A stretch of DNA of 64,000 bases from NCBI RefSeq assembly GCF_009914755.1, contig NC_060926.1; one strand, given 5' to 3'. Of this stretch, positions 56,531 to 64,000 are shown one piece after another. The DNA is from the human T2T-CHM13v2.0 reference genome, Homo sapiens. How positions within the stretch are numbered: position 1 is the first letter of the stretch; each line of letters starts with the position of its first letter. Position numbers and translations under genes: made by a program. The notes beneath the pieces are model-generated. The model made no database searches and was not told where the DNA came from. It saw only the letters and a list, made by a program, of their open reading frames with translations.

Positions 56531-57714
56531 TTCAGGCTATTTTCCAGCATTTGCTATTAGAGCTCTGATCCCAGCTCCACCATGCAAAGGCCAGCATAAC
56601 CTCTTTATGCTTCTACTGTATCTTTTGTCAAATAATGATAACAATACCACACACCTAATGACATTGATGAAAGAGGGACAAAAATGAGAACAATGGTGTG
56701 TCTGATGCAAACAGTGAGTGCTTAAATATGTTAGTTGTTATCATCAGCTCATCAGTGAGTGCTTATTAAAAAGGATTTGAAAAAGTACAAGAGGATATCA
56801 AGATGTATCAGTCCCCTGAAACTAAGAATCATGCCTTGAGTTTCTTTGGGTTTGTTCGTTTGTGTTTTTTTCCTCCTCCATTTACTCAGCACAATGTCAA
56901 ATCCAAAATAAGAATTGCATAAATGTAGTTGAATACTAGATCAAAAAGATAATATATCGACGGGTTCAATTTCAGTTGGGGGGTGGATGCGGAATTAGTA
57001 AACACAAAGAGAAAGAAAATTATCAAAGGTGGGTAGAGTCAGGGGCTGATCACAGAGAAAGAAGACCAGAGAAGCCCCCGGAACAGTGCTGAAGTAGATG
57101 TGGAAGAGGAAGCTCAGCAAAGTGTCCCGAGGTCATTGATCTGTGGGCCTTTGAGTGAAATAAGCCATTCTTCTTGTGAGGTACAACAGAGACAGGACAG
57201 TGAAATATTTCATTGACTAAGGAGGTAGTGAGAGAGTTCCCAGTCATTTTCTTTGTCCCTTTTCTTTACTGTTGTTCACTTCACTGAATTATTTTTCTCA
57301 AAATTTCATAATCATGTATTAATTACCATAGGATATCTCAAAGTTGATGTTACCTCTTTGTATCAATACATGTACCTAGAGTCCTGCTTCCATAACATCC
57401 TTGCTAAGCTCCTCCTCAAAGATTTAATCTCTCTTTCTAGATGAAGTCCTCTCTATTTGTAGTTAAAGGAACTTTGGGAATTGAGCTCTAAATTTGCTTT
57501 CAGATTTTAGTAAGTGACCAAGGTAAGAGGACCCCTGTCTCCTGGTCATGTTAAAATTACTCATTCAGCAAACTTTATTGTGTACCAACTAAGGGTAAGA
57601 AAACTGAAGGTTATTTGCTGTTAAGTAAACTAAATATAGTTTATTTGAACTGTATTTATGAATTTGAAGCATGTTAGAGGACATCCTTGGGAAATCCCTG
57701 AGACCTTCTGATAT

Positions 57715-58517
57715 TGAAACAGGAAAAGTTCCCTTGTCCCCCTTGTAGGGCGTGCAATGGGGGTGTGGTTTGCTTCTTCAGTGCCCCACTACTCAAACCT
57801 CTAGGGGAGCACACAGATGGGCAGGCTGTGGGGTTCCAATCCTATGGCAGTGTCTAGGGGTGAATGTTTACAGCTGAAACCCCAGTGGGCATGTGTTACA
57901 AGGTGCTCTTTTAGTTTGCTGTCTATAGGCAGCTTGTGTTAACCAGCTCAGTTAGACCCTCTATCTTGTCACAAGGACAGAGGGCTTTCTGTATCCCAGG
58001 TTCTTGCCTTGGTGTACCAGAAAAATTGTATCACACGTGGGCTTGGAGAATGAGTACAAAATTCTATTGAGTGAAAGTAGCTCTCAGCAGATGGGGGAGC
58101 CAGAAGGGAGATGGTTTTTCCCGTGGAGTTGGGCCCTTAGTGGCCCCCGGCTCTCCTCTAACTGCCCCAGCCAAACTCTGCCTTGTCCCACCAGTCGATG
58201 GCCTGAGGGTGTGCTGGCATCTGTCAGTGTGCTCTTCTGCTGGCATGCTCCCTTGACATCCTCTCGCCTTCCAGCCGCTTGTGTTTTCTTCTGGTGATGT
58301 GCTCCTCTCAACAACTGGCTGCCTGTGTGTCTGCCGGCTAGGGTCTCAGGTTTTTATAAGTCCAGGATGGGGGCGTGGCAGACCAGGGTGGTCTTGGAAA
58401 ATGCAACATTTGGGCTGAAAGCAGGAGTGCCTGTCCTCACCTAGTCTGTTGGAGGGGAGCCCTAGCCAGGAACCCGCCTTTCTCTACCCAGCACTTCCCT
58501 CCCGCACTCCCGTATCA
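57715..58517 (-). mobile_element. ERV1 solo LTR (LTR1-like)
   Basis: tgaaacaggaaaagttcccttgtcccc start, tttataag (antisense TATA) ~58352, ...ctcccgtatca end. Confidence 0.85.
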
Positions 58518-58639
58518 AGGTAACTATACGATATGTTACTGTCTTCTCATTGAAAACAGACAAATTAGCAGGCTCTAACTGCTCTTTGTTTACTGCAGGA
58601 AACACATGCCAAGATCAACTGACTTGATAGGTAATCCAT

Positions 58640-59120
58640 TTGCCCTCAAGTACCCCTCTAGCCCAGGAAGCCCATCCCTGCCCTCTAGAACAGTGGGATA
58701 ACAATGCAAACTACACTTCCCAGAAGTCTTTACCCACCACTTCCTGTTAGATTCAGCCAATGGAAGCACTTACAGGAAATTAGAGGGTCGGTGGAGGAGG
58801 GGTGAAGCTATGGTATTCGTAACTCATCTCTGTGTCCACAGGCTTTTCCAGCATGGGCTTTATCTCTCCTGGAAGTCTGTTCTCACCAAGCAGATCAGCC
58901 CTCAAAGGCCCCATCTCCTGGACCCTGGTATATATATCCCTTCTCTTTGCCCCTCCAACCCTTGTTGTGGTAACAGCTTCCTGCAGTTGTCAGTGTCTGG
59001 ATTGCTTCACTTCCCTTGTTTTCAGATCTTCTAATACCTCTGTGACTTGCTTTTGTATTAGATACCCATGATAAACCATCTGGGCACGAGCTGTCTTCCA
59101 GGCAGACTCTGACTGACATA
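58640..59120 (+). mobile_element. Ancient ERVL LTR (LTR33/LTR41-like)
   Basis: aactacacttcccaga..cttcctgttagattcagccaatgg..ggtaacagcttcctgc..gactctgactgaca. Confidence 0.6.
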
Positions 59121-60254
59121 GTCAAATCTGCTTCATACAGCCTTTGTGACCCATACCTGATGTCTCTTATTGGTGTGCACTTTGACCATAAGCTGATTTG
59201 CTGCAAGCACTTTAGAAACTGCCTTTTAAACTGGAGGAGAGAGGCTTCAAATTGCCTTTCTTCTTCAGCCTCGCTGATTTGAGGGTCTCTTTGTCCGGGG
59301 CCCATTGAGGCATGCCAGACAGAAACTGCTGAGAACAGGCAGGGGGTGTACAGGCTGCATGATTCCTTGGATTCTGATGGTCTTTGATGGAAGGTAGTTT
59401 CTCTCTGATGAAATGTTATTTTGAATATTATGAATTTTTGGCAAAATAATGCTGTCATCATCTGCGTAAGTTTGCTTTCTTCAGTAGCATTGCTGAGGGA
59501 TGTTCAGCATTTTTATCATACAATGCACAGCTTTCAGGAAGAAAACCAAACATCTAAAGAGAAAACACACACGTGTTTGGTGGCAACCTCCAGATATCAA
59601 GACCTGGATCACTGAAAGAGATAACTCCATATTGGTTATAGTGAATTATAAGTGATTTTTAAGTAGTCAATTGACTGCCTTGTCTTCCATCATACCTACA
59701 TCCCATCAATTTTCAATGCTGCTCAAAAAGCAGTCTTTCCAAAAGCCAAATCTGATCACATTTCCCAGTTTTAAAACCTCTATTGTATTTTCATAGCTTT
59801 CAGGACAAAGACCAAATATTTCAGCATGGTAGCATACCTCGTACTTCAAATATGTAATTCCTGCCCTTCTCTGTATCCTCCTGCCTGCTATTTCTGCCCA
59901 TCCCCATTATTCCCTTTGGCTTTCAAAAGTTCCCTAAATCTGCCATATTTTAAAAATATCTATCATTTTGTGTTTGGTGACCTATTTTCTCTCCTTTCTT
60001 TCTTTCTCTGACTCACCCCTAGTCTTTTCAGGTTCGGCTGAAATGCCACCTAAAATCTGCCCCTGCCTGCCTTCTGTCCCTAGCCCTATCTGGCAGAACA
60101 CCAGCCCAAGGGCTTCCGTAGGATCTGCTGCATACCCTACACTTTACACAGTGCGGGAATCATCTGTTTTCCTGACCAGCTTCCCTGGCACACTGGCTGT
60201 CTCCTGGGCAGGGCCATCCTCTTGTGCTTCCTCATTTGTGTCAGCATGTAATAT

Positions 60255-60540
60255 AACCAGCTCTTAATACATGCTCCCACCATCAGTGCATAAGAGTTCC
60301 AGACGCTCTGCATTCTTATCAACTAAGTATTCTCAGTCTTTTTAAATGTTAGCCATACGAAGGCATATGTGGTATTTCATTGTGGTTTTAATTTGCACCT
60401 CCCTAGTAACTAATGATGTTGAATTTATTTTGACATACTTATTAACCACTTATATACCTTCTTTTGTCAAGGGTTTGTTCGGGTCTTTTGCTCACTTTTT
60501 ATTTTTATTTTTATTATTGATTTGTAAGGGTTTAATGAAC
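60255..60540 (-). mobile_element. Old L1 (L1ME/MD) fragment
   Basis: gtggtatttcattgtggttttaatttgcacctccct...aatgatgttga. Confidence 0.75.
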
Positions 60541-62754
60541 ACAATTTTTATGACTTGGTAAGTACATATTGGTTTGGCAGAACTAAGAGAACTTTTGTCA
60601 CAGTGTCTCTGAAATTTTGTTTTTACTTCTGTATAACAAGAAAAATATGGTATTATTTTGGGTTATATGAATCACTGACTTTAAAATAATCCCATATTAT
60701 ATAAAAAGGAGAAATTCCAAATAATATCTGACTACAAAATATTGGGTTTTTATTTAGCACACATTTATAATAAACACATGATGAAATTTGGATTTTTCTT
60801 TAGGGAGGATCAAAATGTAACTGATAATCACAAAATAATGTACTTCTTCAGAAAAAAGAATTTACTCTAACTAAAAATATTCCTATCACATTTTGGCTAA
60901 GTATACAGTGGGAAAACATGACACTAACCTTTTTCTACTAAAGGAATTTGTATCTAAATTATTTTTTATAGGAAATGGATATGTTTATCACAGAATCTGA
61001 ACACACCATACAGATAAAAGAATTGGTTCTTAATGTTTTGATCATTGCCAGAACAAGCACATTTCCGGATTTATTTATTTTTTTCCCAAAAGGTTGAGTA
61101 AGACATAACAAACACTCCCTGCCACAGGCATGGCTTGGCGGTAGGTCGGATACCTGGGTTATATAAATCTTTACGCTGAGCGTTTATGACATTTCAACTT
61201 AGAAGTTCATTCAGTTTGATGATTGAGGCAGCAGGCAATTATGACATTAAAGAGTTCACAGACCTTAACCCAAGACCCAAATGGTTTAATTTTTTTAATG
61301 GCTGACTGCCTCTCCCGATGTGCACAGACCAATGCAGAGTTTAAAACCCTCACCCATCTTAATTGCCCCTGCTTTGTTGCAAGCACCACTGACTGCCTTT
61401 TAGTTCCAAATGTCTTCGGTTATTAACAATTATCAATAGAAAGTAATAGAAAGTAATCCAGACTTACACTGGCGATACAATTGGCCACATATGCCCTAGT
61501 GGAGCATAAAATAAGAAAGATCGTTACTATTACTACCAAAGCGTCATATGGAAGAACATACTTTAAAAGTGAATCACATTATGCCTGTTGAGTCAATTAT
61601 TTCTACTTGCAAAGACAGGGCTTCTTCCTGAAGAGGACTTTCCTTTCTTAGGTCAAGACACAGTCATAGATTCAAATGTATGTATTCAAATGTGATTGAA
61701 GAACACATTTGAAAGATGCTACTCTACCAGAGTTGCCAGATTGGGGGAAAATATAAAGTGGAATTTTATCTAGTAATACCATATTTGCACCTACTAATAT
61801 TTCCTTTGTTCCTGAACTCACGGCAATTAGTAGGTTGGCATCATATTAAATGTCTGTAATTTTCACAATTTTCTAATATTGAATCGATTTTTCAGTACCA
61901 CGTAGTAAACGTAATCAATCTTGGCTGTGAACTCTAGATAGCAGCAGTAGGCCTCTAGAAAGATGACTGAAGGCTTAGGGCAGTGCTTTCATTGAAGCAG
62001 ATGAGGTCAGTGAGTGTAAAATATTTTAAGAAATGTCTTCTACAATCATTAAAAATCCCTGACATGAGAGTTTGAAATGCTTATTGGTTACCTGAGATAG
62101 ATCAAGTTCACATCGACTCTTTTATTTGGGGCTTGAAATATATTTTACTAGTCACAGTGCTAGAAAAGAACATTAAAGATATTTTAGTTAATTTATTCTT
62201 TCCTACCATCTGCAGCATAAAGCTATTTTCAAAAACATATAGAATACTTTTACCATAGATGTAGTTTCCTTAAAGAATCTTGACAGTATTTTGTCAATAA
62301 GTTAATTTAAAAAGTGGGGTTGATATTTCTCAAAATCATATCCTGTTTCAACCCTCCTGAGACAAATTGTCTCACCCCCAACCCAGCTTACAGTGTTAAT
62401 CACTACATTCGCAATCGTATTTTGAATCCTTCTGTTGAAAACAAGGTAGTCTGTGTTACTTGTCAACAGAGGTTGCTTTTCTCCTCTTGGAAAGTCATTT
62501 GGTTACCCAACGTATCCTTCTCATTAATTGGAAAGATCAGTTTCAGTCAGAACACTACTGATTCTTGGAGCTAGTCATGATGGTGACCAGAGGTGAGTGG
62601 GGATAATTGATAGCTGTATTGGCCCAAATCCCCTTCTATGATACTAGAACATAGGTCCTTGAGCTTGCAGGCTTGATGGTTTCTTTGCTGAAGAGGTAGA
62701 ACATTCTATATAACTTTATTATTCAAAGCAAAATTTATAATTGTCAGCAATTAA

Positions 62755-63061
<307 letters not shown>

Positions 63062-63740
63062 ATGAATGGAGTTTAGAAGTTCAGTGATTATTTTATATCA
63101 AAAATTTGTACTTCCAGGGAAAAGGTTAAACTTTCTTCAGATTCTAGGAGGTTAGGAAACTCAACCTTGTATGGTATTCACTGGGTGTGCTCTATCCTAG
63201 TTCCCACAAATGTAAGATGTTATCATCTTAGGAGAGATTTGCCAAAACGTAAGTGTCTGGTCAGTACCAATGGTCAAGCATGAACCTCCAGATCTTGCAA
63301 ACATGTGTCCATTTCACTGGATTCCTTATATTTTATCCTCTATCCCATCTCTCATCTATGTTCCCCCAAGAGCTTCTTCTTATCAATCTCTTACCGCCAC
63401 TTCCCACAGCTATTATTATTTGTTTTCCTCTCTGTCTCTCTGCCAAGATTCTGAGTGCCTCCATGTTTCTCACTGTGTACCCCTTAGCATGCAGAGGAAA
63501 GTCCTGACACAAGAGAGTTAGTAAAGTCTGAATGAGTGAGTGAGTGAATGCATGAATGAATGAAGGAATGGAGTGTCCAGAGATGATAAAACCAGCTCAT
63601 TTTCCCTGAGGACCCAGAATAAAACTAATCTGAATATGTAGATAAATGTGGTGATAGGAAGGAGGTTAAACTAGGAAGCTAGGTATCTCATGGAGGAGTG
63701 AGTCAAGGAAACCAGCACAGTTATAGAAACAATTCACTGT

Positions 63741-63881
63741 CATTTATTTATTATTTATTTATTTAGAAATGGGGTTCTGCCATGTTGCTCAGGCTGGTCT
63801 TGAACTCCAGAGCTTAAGTGATCCTCCTGCTTTGGCCTCCCAAAGTGCTGAGATTAGAGCTGTGAGCCACCGTACCTGGCC
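63741..63881 (-). mobile_element. FLAM_C/AluJ monomer with (TTTA)n tail
   Basis: TSD aacaattcactgt at 63728-63740 and 63883-63895. Confidence 0.88.
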
Positions 63882-64000
63882 TAACAATTCACTGTTAACT
63901 ACCTGGGCTTCTAATTTACTCAAAATCTCTGCCCTGAAAATCACATCTCATTAAAAAGTCCATCCTTCCTTGATGTGGATGAAATCTGGCCCTGCTACTT

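Noticed and set aside
58895-59461. 188-aa minus-strand ORF, the longest in the track
   Set aside because: Runs antisense into an ERVL LTR; no domain similarity or splice context.

Overview
Primate (human-like) non-coding genomic DNA, AT-rich and dominated by interspersed repeats. It holds about 16 Alu/FLAM copies, old and young L1 fragments, L2/MIR, ERVL-MaLR, ERVL and ERV1 solo LTRs, hAT and Tigger MITEs, and a near full-length dead Hsmar1 mariner with an Alu nested inside it. No protein-coding exon, tRNA/rRNA or named gene can be supported. The ORF-track entries are repeat-derived or chance ORFs, except four fragments of the Hsmar1 transposase pseudogene. The most notable observations are: (1) a heavily decayed, collinear set of Helitron Rep and Pif1-helicase motifs at ~43.7-45.1 kb, invisible to the ORF track; (2) a 92-bp near-perfect hairpin carrying two AP-1 sites at 50.6 kb; (3) a ~2.3 kb domain at 48-50 kb where old repeats retain CpGs and show A/T->G/C bias; (4) several DNA-repair and retrotransposition scars. 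Repeat subfamily names come from recalled consensus sequences and need RepeatMasker/Dfam confirmation. I found no evidence for a wholly new functional gene system.
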